A stretch of 32,000 nt of DNA from positions 150,659 to 182,658 of the forward strand of contig DAOSXE010000001.1 of assembly GCA_035380285.1 (NCBI GenBank). The letters are read 5' to 3'. The notes under the pieces are model-generated. The model did no database searches and had not been told where the DNA came from. It worked only from the letters and a program-made list of their open reading frames with translations. The position numbers and the translations under genes were made by a program. Position 1 is the stretch's first letter; the number at the start of each line of letters is the position of its first letter. Of the stretch, positions 1 to 9,432 are shown one piece after another. The stretch is from a bacterium. GTDB lineage: Bacteria; Auribacterota; Erginobacteria; Erginobacterales; DAOSXE01.

Positions 1-1
1 C

Positions 2-1291
2 TGCGCCCTGGCGGCGGTCTGGCTCTCGTTGGGAATGGAAAAGATAGCCATCCGCGCCGCAGTCCGCGACCCCGCTTCTTCCGGACGGTATTTCGGGGCG
101 GTCTTCTGCCTGAGAATTCTGGCGTTTCCTTTCTACCTGGCGGTCATCCTCTCGGTCGGCCTGGTGATGGGATGGTCCGGCCGGCTGATCCCGGTCCTGG
201 CGGTGCTCGCGGGCGTTTATTTTCTCAATACTCTCGGAGAAGCGGGCGTGATCGCCTGGAGGTCCCGGGAGCGGATGTGGTATGAAGCCGCCGTCGGCGC
301 CGGCAAGGATCTGTTGCTTTTAGGCATGGTCCTACTGCTAACGGTCCGGGGGGCGGATCTGATCGAGTTTGCCGGGGGATACCTGGCGGTGGCTCTGGTC
401 TGGCTGGCGGGGACGTTGATCCTGATTTACCTGATCTTCTTTTCTCCCCGGCCCGTCTGGGATCTCCGCCTCTTCCGGTTCCTGGTCCTGTCGGGTTTTC
501 CGGTTGCCGTGGCCGTCTTCTGCAACGGATTTCAGGATCTCAGCCGGGTGCTGATCGAACATCTGCTCGGTCCCCGGGCGGCGGGTTATTTCGGGGCCGC
601 CGGACTGCCCCTGAAGGGGTTGGAAATTCTGGCCGTTTCCCTGATGGGGGCGATATTCCCGGGGTTAAGCCGGCAAGGGAGGGGGGGCGGGGACGATGCC
701 TTGGTATTGGCCGCCAAGGCGGGCAAACTGTTCTTCCTGGCCGGCTTGCCGTTCGTCTTTGTCTCGATGATGCTTTCTCCGCGGATCATGGGGGTGCTCT
801 TCGGGGAAGACTATCTTCCCGGCGCCGGGGTTTTGGCGGTTTTGGGGAGTTCCTCCCTGTTTCTCCTTCTTAACCATCTCTGCTACGGAATGATGGTGGC
901 TACCGGCCGCGAGCGCCTGTTCGCGGTGATCATGTTCGCGGCCGCCGCCGCCAATGCCCTTCTCGTCTGTATCCTGGTTTCCCTCTGGGGGATGATGGGG
1001 GGCGCTTGGGCGTTTTTTCTGGTACAAATGGCGGTGTTGGCGGCGTTTCTGCGCATTCTCGGGCCGCGGTTCCGACGGGCGGTGCTGCCCCGGGAGAGGG
1101 GACGGCTGTTGGCGGCTGCGGCCGCCGCCGCCGGGGTTGTCTGGGTTCTGAAACTCGCCGGTTTGGGCTTATGGGCGGCGGCGGGTGCGGGGACGGTCGT
1201 CTATCTGTCCGCGGCGGCGGTGTCGGGCGCGCTGGATAAGGAACTGCTGCGGGCGGCGGCTCTGGTGAGGAATCTGAAAGGAAAAAGATGA
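2..1291 (+). CDS. Polysaccharide biosynthesis flippase (MATE/Wzx-like), 5' end probably outside the window
   Basis: Multi-TM protein with 'QDLSRVLIEHLLGPRAAGYFGAAGLPLKGLEILAVSLMGAIFPGLSR', typical of O-antigen/polysaccharide flippases. Frame is open to the window edge upstream of the TTG at 29. Followed by glycosyltransferases. Confidence 0.8.
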   Translation, partial: CALAAVWLSLGMEKIAIRAAVRDPASSGRYFGAVFCLRILAFPFYLAVILSVGLVMGWSGRLIPVLAVLAGVYFLNTLGEAGVIAWRSRERMWYEAAVGAGKDLLLLGMVLLLTVRGADLIEFAGGYLAVALVWLAGTLILIYLIFFSPRPVWDLRLFRFLVLSGFPVAVAVFCNGFQDLSRVLIEHLLGPRAAGYFGAAGLPLKGLEILAVSLMGAIFPGLSRQGRGGGDDALVLAAKAGKLFFLAGLPFVFVSMMLSPRIMGVLFGEDYLPGAGVLAVLGSSSLFLLLNHLCYGMMVATGRERLFAVIMFAAAAANALLVCILVSLWGMMGGAWAFFLVQMAVLAAFLRILGPRFRRAVLPRERGRLLAAAAAAAGVVWVLKLAGLGLWAAAGAGTVVYLSAAAVSGALDKELLRAAALVRNLKGKR

Positions 1292-2526
1292 AAACGGCGT
1301 TCGTGTTCTCCCAATTTCCCTGCTATGACGAGGCTTTCATGCTCCGGGAGATGGATTTTCTGCAGAAAGAGATCGAGTATATCATTCTTTCCATCAAGAA
1401 AGCTGACCGCGATCCCGTGGTTCACGCCGCCGGGGCCGCCCTGAAACAAAAGACCTGCTACAGTCGCCTGTTCTGGAGTCGACGGGTGCTGCTGGCCAAC
1501 CTGGCGGCTTTCATCGCTTCCCCGCTCCGTTACCTCAAGGCCTTGATCCTGGCGGTCCGGCTCGGGTTCCCCGACCCGGAATTCATGGGAAAGTCGCTGG
1601 CCCTGTTCCCCCAGGCCGTTTATTTCGCCGCTCTCTGCCGGACCCGGGAAATCGCGGCGGTTCACGGCCAGTGGGCGACCTATCCGGCGGTGACCGCCGC
1701 CGTCATCGCGGTCTTCAACGGAATCCCCTTCAGTTTCACCGGCCACGCTCACGATATCTATCTCAAAACGGCCGGCCTGAAGCTCAAAATGGAAATGGCC
1801 CGGTTCATCCTCACCTGTACCCGGGACAACGTCCGTCGTCTTCTCTCGGTGGCCCCGGCCCTGCCGTCCGATAAAATCAGAGTGGTCCACCATGGGGTGG
1901 ATTGCCGACGGTATCCTTTCCGCCCTCCCTCGTTTCACGCCGGGCGGGAATTCAGGATACTTTCGGTCGGGAGTCTTTTCGAATGCAAAGGCTTCGAGTA
2001 TCTGATCGACGCCTGCCGGATTCTGAACGAGAAGGGGGTCGATTTCCGCTGCCGCATCGTCGGCGGCGGCTATCTGGAAGAGAAATTAAAGGAACGCGCC
2101 CGGGCTGCGGCCGTGGGCGGGCTGGTCGAATTTACCGGTTATCAGAGCCAGGAGAAGATGCCTGAGCACTACCGCTGGGGAGACCTTTTCGTGCTCCCCG
2201 CCGTCACCAGAATCCACTGGGGAATTCCCAACGTCCTCATCGAAGCCCTGGCCAGCGGGGTGCCCGTGGCCTGTACCCCGCTGCCGTCGCTCCCGGAACT
2301 GATCGGAAACCCCGTCTGCGGATTCACGATTCCGGAGGGAGACGCCGGGGCCATCGCCGGCCTGGTCCGCCGGGTAGCGTCCGATCCCGGTGTTCTCGGC
2401 GAATACGCCCGCCGGGGCAGAAGAAAAATCGAAGAAGAGTGGGATATCGTCCGGACTTCGGCGATAATCGCCGGGTTGTTGAACGACACCGGCACAACGC
2501 ACAACCGGGGGCAAGATCATGGTTGA
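1288..2526 (+). CDS. Glycosyltransferase family 4-like
   Basis: GT4-style C-terminal domain 'RILSVGSLFECKGFEYLIDACRIL...GGGYLEEKLKERA...YQSQEKMPEHYRWGDLFVLPAVTR...GIPNVLIEALASGVPV'. ATGA overlap with upstream gene. Confidence 0.9.
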   Translation: MKTAFVFSQFPCYDEAFMLREMDFLQKEIEYIILSIKKADRDPVVHAAGAALKQKTCYSRLFWSRRVLLANLAAFIASPLRYLKALILAVRLGFPDPEFMGKSLALFPQAVYFAALCRTREIAAVHGQWATYPAVTAAVIAVFNGIPFSFTGHAHDIYLKTAGLKLKMEMARFILTCTRDNVRRLLSVAPALPSDKIRVVHHGVDCRRYPFRPPSFHAGREFRILSVGSLFECKGFEYLIDACRILNEKGVDFRCRIVGGGYLEEKLKERARAAAVGGLVEFTGYQSQEKMPEHYRWGDLFVLPAVTRIHWGIPNVLIEALASGVPVACTPLPSLPELIGNPVCGFTIPEGDAGAIAGLVRRVASDPGVLGEYARRGRRKIEEEWDIVRTSAIIAGLLNDTGTTHNRGQDHG

Positions 2527-3535
2527 AGTGGGAATTATCGGGATCGGAGGATGGGGGAAGAACCTTCTACGCACTTTTTACTCGCTGCCCGGGGTCCGCG
2601 TGGCCGCCGCCGCCGATCTGGTCGAGGAGAGGAGGGCGGACGCCGCCGAAAAATATCCGGGTTTGAACCTGATCGGCGACCATCGGGAGATCATGGGCGA
2701 CCCCGCGATCGAGGCGGTGGTGGTGGCCACTCCCGGAGCTACCCACCACCGGTTGGTGATGGAAGCGCTGGCGGCGGGGAAAGACGTTTACGTCGAAAAG
2801 CCGATGGCTCTTTCCGCTCAAGATTGCCGGGAGATCGTGGCCAAGGCCCAAGCGGAGGAAAGGATCGTGATGGTCGGTCATCTTCTTCTTTACCACCCCG
2901 CGGTCGTAAAGATGAAGGAAGAACTGGACGCGGGGAACTTGGGCGACCCGTACTACCTCTATGCCCAGCGGTTGAACCTGGGCAAGATCCGCCGCAGCGA
3001 AAACGCGTTGTGGACGTTCGCGCCGCACGACATCTCCGTCGCCCTCCACCTGATCGGGGCCGAACCGGTTTCGGTATCGGCCTGGGGGGAGTCGTACGTC
3101 CAGCCGGAAGTGGAGGACGTGGTTTTCGCGCGCATCGCCTTCCCGGGAAAGGTCATGGCCCATATCCACGTCAGCTGGCTCGATCCGCACAAAGTCCGCA
3201 AGATCACCCTGGTCGGGAGCCGGAAGATGATGGTTTTCGACGATATGGACAAGAACGCCCCCCTGAGGATATACGACAAGGGAGTGCCCGAAGACCTGGA
3301 ATACGACAGCTACGGGGAGTACCTGACGTTGCGTTACGGGGACGAATATGTGCCCGCCGTCAGGGCCGGGGAACCGCTGGGCCTGGAGTGCGCCCATTTC
3401 GTGGAATGCGTGCGGGAGCGGCGTTTCCCCCTGACCGACGGCCGCAACGGCTTGCGGGCGGTCCGGGTCCTGGAGGCGGCCCAGGAATCGCTCCGACGGG
3501 GGGGCAAGGTTATCGCGTTGAACGAGGAACGATGA
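2519..3535 (+). CDS. Gfo/Idh/MocA-family NAD-dependent oxidoreductase (WlbA/WbpB-like)
   Basis: N-terminal Rossmann motif '[20 protein letters not shown]' plus '[15 protein letters not shown]'; followed by a WlbB/WbpD-like acetyltransferase. Confidence 0.88.
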   Translation: MVEVGIIGIGGWGKNLLRTFYSLPGVRVAAAADLVEERRADAAEKYPGLNLIGDHREIMGDPAIEAVVVATPGATHHRLVMEALAAGKDVYVEKPMALSAQDCREIVAKAQAEERIVMVGHLLLYHPAVVKMKEELDAGNLGDPYYLYAQRLNLGKIRRSENALWTFAPHDISVALHLIGAEPVSVSAWGESYVQPEVEDVVFARIAFPGKVMAHIHVSWLDPHKVRKITLVGSRKMMVFDDMDKNAPLRIYDKGVPEDLEYDSYGEYLTLRYGDEYVPAVRAGEPLGLECAHFVECVRERRFPLTDGRNGLRAVRVLEAAQESLRRGGKVIALNEER

Positions 3536-3536
3536 A

Positions 3537-4154
3537 ATGAAAAACGGCTTTTTCGTCCACGAATCGAGTTACGTGGATCCCGGGGCTTCCGTCGGGGAGG
3601 GGACCAAGGTCTGGCATTTCTGCCATGTCCTTCCCGGCGCGGTCATCGGGAAGAACTGTTCGCTGGGGCAGAACGTCAACGTCGGGGGAGCGGCCGTCGT
3701 CGGGGATCGGGTCAAGATCCAGAACAACGTGTCCATCTACGACAGCGTGGTGATCGAAGACGACGTGTTCTGCGGGCCGTCCATGGTGTTCACCAACGTG
3801 TTCAATCCCCGCAGCGAAGTGGTGCGCAAGCACGAATACCGCGGCACTCTGGTGAAAAAGGGAGCCTCGATCGGCGCCAACGCCACCATCGTCTGCGGAA
3901 CCACGATCGGAGCCTACGCCTTTGTCGGAGCGGGCGCCGTGGTCACCCGCGACGTCCCCGATTTCGCCCTGGCCTACGGAAACCCGGCCCGGGTTCGCGG
4001 TTGGATCTGCCGCTGCGGGATCAACCTCGATTTCGAGGGGGAATCGGCGGGCTGCGGGAACTGCGGCCGCCGCTACCGGCTGGAAGCCGGCCGGGTCAAC
4101 GAAGTCGGGAACCCGGAGGAAGAGAGCGCGGGCACGTGCGAATCGCCTATGTGA
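3537..4154 (+). CDS. Left-handed beta-helix N-acetyltransferase (WlbB/WbpD-like)
   Basis: Hexapeptide-repeat protein '[44 protein letters not shown]...[16 protein letters not shown]', typical of UDP-2,3-diamino sugar N-acetyltransferases. Confidence 0.88.
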   Translation: MKNGFFVHESSYVDPGASVGEGTKVWHFCHVLPGAVIGKNCSLGQNVNVGGAAVVGDRVKIQNNVSIYDSVVIEDDVFCGPSMVFTNVFNPRSEVVRKHEYRGTLVKKGASIGANATIVCGTTIGAYAFVGAGAVVTRDVPDFALAYGNPARVRGWICRCGINLDFEGESAGCGNCGRRYRLEAGRVNEVGNPEEESAGTCESPM

Positions 4155-5221
4155 TCGACAAGATGGTCCGGGCCGGCGCCCAGCGCCACCTGGCGCAGGT
4201 GATCCGGGGGATCGGGGACCGTGGCCACCAACCGATCCTGTGCTGCCTCCTCTATGCCGGACCTCTGGGTGAAGAGTTGGAGAAAGCAGGTGTGCCGGTT
4301 TCGGTGCTGGGCCTGAAAGGAGTGGTGGGAAGAGATTTTTTCCGGGCGGTGTCCGCTCTCCGCCGGCTCTGCGTCAGCGAGGATATCGATATTATCCACG
4401 CCTATCTCTTCGCGGCCAACATCGTCGCTCCCTGGGCGGGGCTGTTTTCCGGGAGGAGGGTGATCACCAGCCGCCGGGACGACGGTTTCTGGAAACGCCC
4501 CCGGCATATCATCGCCCATCGGCTGGGAAACGTCTTCACCTCCCGGGTGACCGCCAACTCCCGGTCCGTGGTCGAATACCTGCGCCTCCGGGAACACCTT
4601 CCCGGGAAGCGGATCAGTCTGATCTACAACGGCATCGACCCCCGGCCCCCCTCCGCTCCGCGTCCGGCCCGAAAAACGGTTCGGATCGGATGCCTGGGCA
4701 ACATCCGGCCGGTCAAAGGCTACGAAGATATGGTGAAAGCCCTGGCTCGGCTCGATCCGGGGCTCTCCTGGGAAGCGCACATCGCCGGACGCGATTTGGA
4801 GCGCGACCACGCCCTGTTTCTGAAAAACCTGGTCCGGGAAACGGGCCTGGAGAAAAGAGTCGTCTGGACGGGCGAGATCGACGAACCGTACGCCTTTCTC
4901 GAAAGTCTGGATATTTTCGTTCTCCCCTCCCGCTCCGAGGGTTTCTCCAACTCCCTCCTGGAAGCGATGAGCTGTGCGTGCCCGGTGGTCGCGACCGCGG
5001 TGGGAGCGAATGACGAAGTGATCCGCGCCGGCCGCGACGGCATCGTCGTCCCTCCCGCGGATCCCGCCGCGCTCGCCCGGGAACTGGAGAAGCTGGTCGT
5101 CTCCGCAACCCGGCGGGAAAGCTGGGGGCGGTCGGCGCGGCTGCGCGCCCGGGAGTTCTCGACCCGGAAGATGCTCGGGCAAATGGACGCGCTCTACCGT
5201 GAGGTGGGGGGGGGAAGATGA
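4136..5221 (+). CDS. Glycosyltransferase family 4-like; GTG start at 4136 preferred to the long ORF start at 4001
   Basis: '[27 protein letters not shown]...[32 protein letters not shown]'. The ORF-track extension overlaps the upstream acetyltransferase and carries no family signal. Confidence 0.87.
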   Translation: MRIAYVIDKMVRAGAQRHLAQVIRGIGDRGHQPILCCLLYAGPLGEELEKAGVPVSVLGLKGVVGRDFFRAVSALRRLCVSEDIDIIHAYLFAANIVAPWAGLFSGRRVITSRRDDGFWKRPRHIIAHRLGNVFTSRVTANSRSVVEYLRLREHLPGKRISLIYNGIDPRPPSAPRPARKTVRIGCLGNIRPVKGYEDMVKALARLDPGLSWEAHIAGRDLERDHALFLKNLVRETGLEKRVVWTGEIDEPYAFLESLDIFVLPSRSEGFSNSLLEAMSCACPVVATAVGANDEVIRAGRDGIVVPPADPAALARELEKLVVSATRRESWGRSARLRAREFSTRKMLGQMDALYREVGGGR

Positions 5222-6045
5222 GCAGGCCGGCCCGTGCTATCCGTTCCGGGGCGTTTGCGGCCGGCGCGCTCCCCGCCGCCGCCGCCGCGATCTGGCGGGG
5301 ACGGGGGGTGCGGGTGCTTACCTATCACCGGATCGACGATCTCCCCGGAGACCGACTGGGGGTTAGTCCCGGTATTTTCAGAACCCATCTGAAGACGATT
5401 AGGGACCGGGGGTACCGGGTCGTTACCCTTGACGATCTTCTCGACGCTCCCGCCGCTGCTCGACCCCCCGATTCTCCCCGGCTGGTCATCACGTTCGACG
5501 ACGGCTACCGGGACTGGTATGATAACGCCTTCCCGATATTGCAGGAGTTTTCTTACCCGGGGGTATTTTTCCTGACCGTGGGGCTGGTGGACGGAAGCGC
5601 CGAAATTCCCCGTTATCGGACCTTGGCCGCCGAACGCCGCCGGGCGCTGACGCCGGGGCAGATCGCGGATATGGCCGGCGCGGGCATGCGCTTCGAGTCC
5701 CACGGCGTCACCCACCGGGAAATGCCTGCTTTGTCCCCCGGGGAGAGGAATGGCGAGTTGAAGGAAAGCGCGCGGAAGATCGCGGAATGGACGGGTCGAG
5801 CTCCCGGTTGGTTCGCTTTTCCCCGGGGCAAGTACGTCCCGGAGATGATCGGGGAACTGCGGGGCGCCGGTTATCGGGGTGCGGTGACGGTGGATCCCGG
5901 CAGCAACGTTCGGTTCCGCGGGTACCCGCTGGTGAGAAGAACCGAGATATCCGCCGACGACTCCCTTTGCGATTTCGGGTTCAAGCTCCGCGGAGGTGCC
6001 GATTTCATTCACCGGCTCCGGCGCGGCCGGGGAGAAGGAAGCTAG
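5218..6045 (+). CDS. Polysaccharide deacetylase (NodB-like, CE4)
   Basis: 'VLTYHRIDD', 'LVITFDDGYRDWYDNAFPIL', 'FESHGVTHREM' correspond to NodB-homology motifs. Confidence 0.88.
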   Translation: MSRPARAIRSGAFAAGALPAAAAAIWRGRGVRVLTYHRIDDLPGDRLGVSPGIFRTHLKTIRDRGYRVVTLDDLLDAPAAARPPDSPRLVITFDDGYRDWYDNAFPILQEFSYPGVFFLTVGLVDGSAEIPRYRTLAAERRRALTPGQIADMAGAGMRFESHGVTHREMPALSPGERNGELKESARKIAEWTGRAPGWFAFPRGKYVPEMIGELRGAGYRGAVTVDPGSNVRFRGYPLVRRTEISADDSLCDFGFKLRGGADFIHRLRRGRGEGS

Positions 6046-6046
6046 G

Positions 6047-7228
6047 ATGGACCCCGTGCGGCCGGTCAGGATTCTGCATCTCATCGACAGCCTTCCCCGC
6101 GAAGGGGCGGAGATGCTGCTCTTCGATCTGATTCAAAGAAGCGATCGGAGCCTGCTGGATTTTTCGGTGTGCTCGCTCACGGGCGGGGGAGGGGTGGAGA
6201 AGATGCTGGCGGAGCTGGGAGTCGCCGTTCATCTGCTGGGTCGCCGTTCGCCCGGGGACGTGTCGGCTTTCCGGCGTCTGTGCCGGATTATCCGCTCCGG
6301 CGGGGTCGAGATCGTGCATACGCATATTTTTTCCAGCCATCTGTGGGGGGCGGCGGCGGGCCGCCGATGCGGGGCGAAGGTGATGAGGACCGAGCATAAT
6401 ATGTCCGCCTGGAAGCGGGGTTGGCGGGCGCGGGCCGACCGGGTCTTGGCCCGGATGACCGACCGGGCGATCGCGGTCTCGGAACCGGTGCGGACGTCGC
6501 TGATCGAGGTCAGCGGTTTCGCCCCCGACCGGGTGGTCACGATCGCCAACGGTCTTAATCTGCGCCGGATCGGGGCCATGGCCGGGGAGACGAAGATACG
6601 CCAGGAATTGGGGCTGAGCCCGGCAAGTCTCGTGGCGGGGACTTCGGCCGCGCTTACGCCCAAAAAAGGGCATCGCTACCTGCTGGATGCGGCGGCCCTT
6701 TTACGAGCCGATTTCCCCGGCCTCCATTTCCTCCTGCTCGGGGAAGGGGAACTGCGGGAAGAGATCGCGGAGGGAATCCGCGCCCGGAATCTGCAGGGCA
6801 CCGTGCATCTTCTCGGTTCGCGCCCCGACGCTCTCGAGATCGTCGCCGGTCTCGACGTCTTTGTGATGAGTTCCGTGAGGGAAGGCCTTTCCATCGCCCT
6901 CCTGGAAGCGATGGCATTGGAAAGGCCGGTGGTGGTGACGGCCGTGGGGGGCGCGGTGGATGTCATCGAGGACGGGGTTTCGGGGGTGCTCGTTCCCGAA
7001 CGGGACGCGCGGGCCCTGGCCGCGGGGATAACCTCGGTCCTTTCCTCCCCGGCCCGGTCGGTTCGGATGGGGCGGCGCGCCCGGACCGCCGTCGAGGAAC
7101 GGTTCGACTTCGACCGGATGGTCCGCAGGTACGAAGAGGAATACCTGCGCCTGGTCCGCCCCCCCGGGAAGCGGTTGCCGGAAGAGGTCGGCTCGGGTAC
7201 CATGGCTTCGGGAAAAATCGAGCGATGA
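6047..7228 (+). CDS. Glycosyltransferase family 4-like; ATG at 6047 preferred
   Basis: 'ILHLIDSLPREGAEMLLFDLI...VLIVAGLDVFVMSSVREGLSIALLEAMALERPVVVTAVGG'-like GT4 architecture. Extension to 5996 overlaps the upstream gene. Confidence 0.87.
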   Translation: MDPVRPVRILHLIDSLPREGAEMLLFDLIQRSDRSLLDFSVCSLTGGGGVEKMLAELGVAVHLLGRRSPGDVSAFRRLCRIIRSGGVEIVHTHIFSSHLWGAAAGRRCGAKVMRTEHNMSAWKRGWRARADRVLARMTDRAIAVSEPVRTSLIEVSGFAPDRVVTIANGLNLRRIGAMAGETKIRQELGLSPASLVAGTSAALTPKKGHRYLLDAAALLRADFPGLHFLLLGEGELREEIAEGIRARNLQGTVHLLGSRPDALEIVAGLDVFVMSSVREGLSIALLEAMALERPVVVTAVGGAVDVIEDGVSGVLVPERDARALAAGITSVLSSPARSVRMGRRARTAVEERFDFDRMVRRYEEEYLRLVRPPGKRLPEEVGSGTMASGKIER

Positions 7229-8340
7229 GCGTCTGGAATTACTTCAAATACGGCCGGCGGCTTTTCTATAAACGCAACGCTTCGCCGCTGTACCTGGTTT
7301 TTTTCGTTACCGAGCGCTGCAACGCCCGTTGCCGCCACTGTCTTCTGGGGGGAATCCATCCCGGTCGCGACGAACTTACCCTGGAAGAGATCGAGCGGGT
7401 TTCCCGCTCGATGGACGATTTTCTTTTTCTGCTCCCCACCGGGGGGGAGCCGTTTCTTCGTTCCGACCTTCCCGAGATCGTGGAGGTGTTCTACCGCAAC
7501 AACCATATCCAGAACGTAGGCATTCCCACCAACGGCGGTCTGACGGAGAAAGTGGTGGGGGCGGTGGAAGAGATCCTGCGCCGCTGTCCGGGGCTGGATT
7601 TGATGGTGGATGTCTCCATCGACGGAATCGGCCCCGATCACGACGAGATCCGCCGGGTGCCCGGGCTCTTCGAAAAAGCCATGGAGACCTTCCGGCGCCT
7701 GAAGGAGATCGACGCCGCGCACCCCCGGTTCACGGCCAGCATAGAAACCACGGTTTCTTCCTTCAACGACGATAAACTGGAAGACATGTTCCGCTATTTC
7801 ACCGAGAAAGCCGGAGCGCAATCCATATTCACGCTCCTCTGCCGGGGCAAACCCATGGAGCCGGCCGCCAAATTTTTCGACATCGAACGCTACACCCGTT
7901 ACGCCGAAGCCCTGGAAGCGGGGATGATGCGGCGACGGCTCACCGGGTACGATAAGTTCCCCTTCGCCGACCTGATCAACGCCAAACGGATCGTGCGCCA
8001 CCGCCTCATCGGCAGAATCATCCGCGAGAACAGGATGGTCCTTCCCTGCTACGCGGGGATACTGGGCGCCGCGCTCTTCGCCAACGGCGACGTGCTCCCC
8101 TGCGAGCTGCATTCGGATCTGACCATGGGAAACGTCAGGGAAGCAGGATACGATTTCAAGCGGATCTGGTTCGGCGCCGCCGCCGTCCGCGCCCGGGAAA
8201 CCATCAGGAAACAGAAGTGTTTCTGCACCTATGAGTGTTTTCTCACCCTCAACATCCTCTTCAATCCCCGCATGTATCCGCAGCTCATCAAGGAATATCT
8301 GAAGGTGAAGTGGGCGAAGCTGTTCGGGAGGCGGCAGTGA
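7225..8340 (+). CDS. Radical SAM protein with SPASM-like C-terminal cysteines
   Basis: CxxxCxxC in 'VTERCNARCRHC', 'TGGEPFLR'. Later Cys set 'PCYAGILGAALFANGDVLPCE...KCFCTYECF'. Confidence 0.88.
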   Translation: MSVWNYFKYGRRLFYKRNASPLYLVFFVTERCNARCRHCLLGGIHPGRDELTLEEIERVSRSMDDFLFLLPTGGEPFLRSDLPEIVEVFYRNNHIQNVGIPTNGGLTEKVVGAVEEILRRCPGLDLMVDVSIDGIGPDHDEIRRVPGLFEKAMETFRRLKEIDAAHPRFTASIETTVSSFNDDKLEDMFRYFTEKAGAQSIFTLLCRGKPMEPAAKFFDIERYTRYAEALEAGMMRRRLTGYDKFPFADLINAKRIVRHRLIGRIIRENRMVLPCYAGILGAALFANGDVLPCELHSDLTMGNVREAGYDFKRIWFGAAAVRARETIRKQKCFCTYECFLTLNILFNPRMYPQLIKEYLKVKWAKLFGRRQ

Positions 8341-8672
8341 GCGGACGAGCCAAACCGCCGAAGCTTCATTATGTCCGCCCCCGGCGCTGGATCAGCGTTT
8401 CGTCGCCTCGGGCGGACGATATCGGCAAAAGGCCCCAACTGACCCGAAACTACATCTTTCTGGTGGTGGGGCTGGCGATCGTCGCCGGCGCCCTGATCGG
8501 ATGGGGTATCGGGATCGGGATCAACCGGGCCGTGCACATCAACACCCGCCTGGAGCCCGTCGGCGGTGATTCAGCGAAACCCGCGTCCGGCGCTTTCAGC
8601 GCTTATTCGGAGGCGCCCGAAATCGAACTGTCCGCCGGCGAACTCTCGCCTTCGCTGAAGGCGGTGCGCTGA
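8337..8672 (+). CDS. Small hypothetical single-TM protein
   Basis: GTG overlaps the radical SAM stop codon (GTGA). Clear TM segment 'NYIFLVVGLAIVAGALIGWGIGIGI'. The 3' end overlaps the convergent motB-like gene by 70 nt. Confidence 0.5.
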   Translation: MSGRAKPPKLHYVRPRRWISVSSPRADDIGKRPQLTRNYIFLVVGLAIVAGALIGWGIGIGINRAVHINTRLEPVGGDSAKPASGAFSAYSEAPEIELSAGELSPSLKAVR

Positions 8673-9430
8673 ACGATCTCGATCTCCACCCGCCGGTTCC
8701 GGGCGCGGCCTTCCGGGGTTTCGTTGGAGGCCACCGGTTTTTGGGAGCCGTAGCCGACGGCGCTGAACCGGGCCGGGTCGACCTGGTGGGAATCGATGAA
8801 ATAGCGCAGCACGGCCGCGGCCCGGGCGCTGGAAAGTTCCCAATTGGAAGGATACAGCGGCGTGTGAATGGGCGTGGAGTCGGTGTAGCCGCCGATCCGG
8901 ACCTGGTAGGGGTTGAGTTCGAAAAACGCCGCCAGCCGATCGAGCAGTTCCCGGGCCTGGGGCCGGAGAACGGCTTTGCCCGGAGAGAAGAGGAACGGGG
9001 CCAGGGGCACGATCGTCACCTTCCAGCGCGAAACCTCGACCCGAACGAACCGTTCCAGACCCTGGTCGACGACGTACTGCTTGATCTCCTCCCCGAGCTT
9101 CTGGAGTTCGTCCACCCGCTCCAGTTCCTTGAGCAGGGGCGACTCCAGTTTTTCCAGTTTGACGATCAGATCGGGGTCGGCTTCCCGGACCTCGACCAGA
9201 GGGACGTTGTCCGGGGCCTCGACATCGGCCTGGTCGGTCTGGATGAATTTCTTCCCCGCGATCCAGGCGGGGTTGATCTTGAGGGCGAGCATGGTGGCCA
9301 GGATGATGAAGAAGGTCATGAGCAGGGTGGCCATGTCCGAATAGGTGGTCATCCAATCCGGAGGCCAGGTCGCCTCCAGGTCCCCGGACCCGGTTTCCTG
9401 GGTTCCCCTGGTTCTTCGCCGCGCCGCCAT
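8603..9430 (-). CDS. MotB-like stator protein with OmpA-like peptidoglycan-binding domain (second paralogue)
   Basis: 'DWMTTYSDMATLLMTFFIILATM' (MotB TM with conserved Asp), then 'IGGYTDSTPIHTPLYPSNWELSSARAAAVLRYF...VGYGSQKPVASNETPEGRARNRRVEI'. Confidence 0.92.
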   Translation of the reverse strand: MAARRRTRGTQETGSGDLEATWPPDWMTTYSDMATLLMTFFIILATMLALKINPAWIAGKKFIQTDQADVEAPDNVPLVEVREADPDLIVKLEKLESPLLKELERVDELQKLGEEIKQYVVDQGLERFVRVEVSRWKVTIVPLAPFLFSPGKAVLRPQARELLDRLAAFFELNPYQVRIGGYTDSTPIHTPLYPSNWELSSARAAAVLRYFIDSHQVDPARFSAVGYGSQKPVASNETPEGRARNRRVEIEIVQRTAFSEGESSPADSSISGASE

Positions 9431-9432
9431 GG

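Noticed and set aside
6676-8112. 478-aa minus-strand ORF, antisense to glycosyltransferase and radical SAM genes
   Set aside because: Composition-driven shadow ORF in GC-rich DNA (Arg/Gly/Pro/His rich, no family motif); sense strand carries clear protein families.
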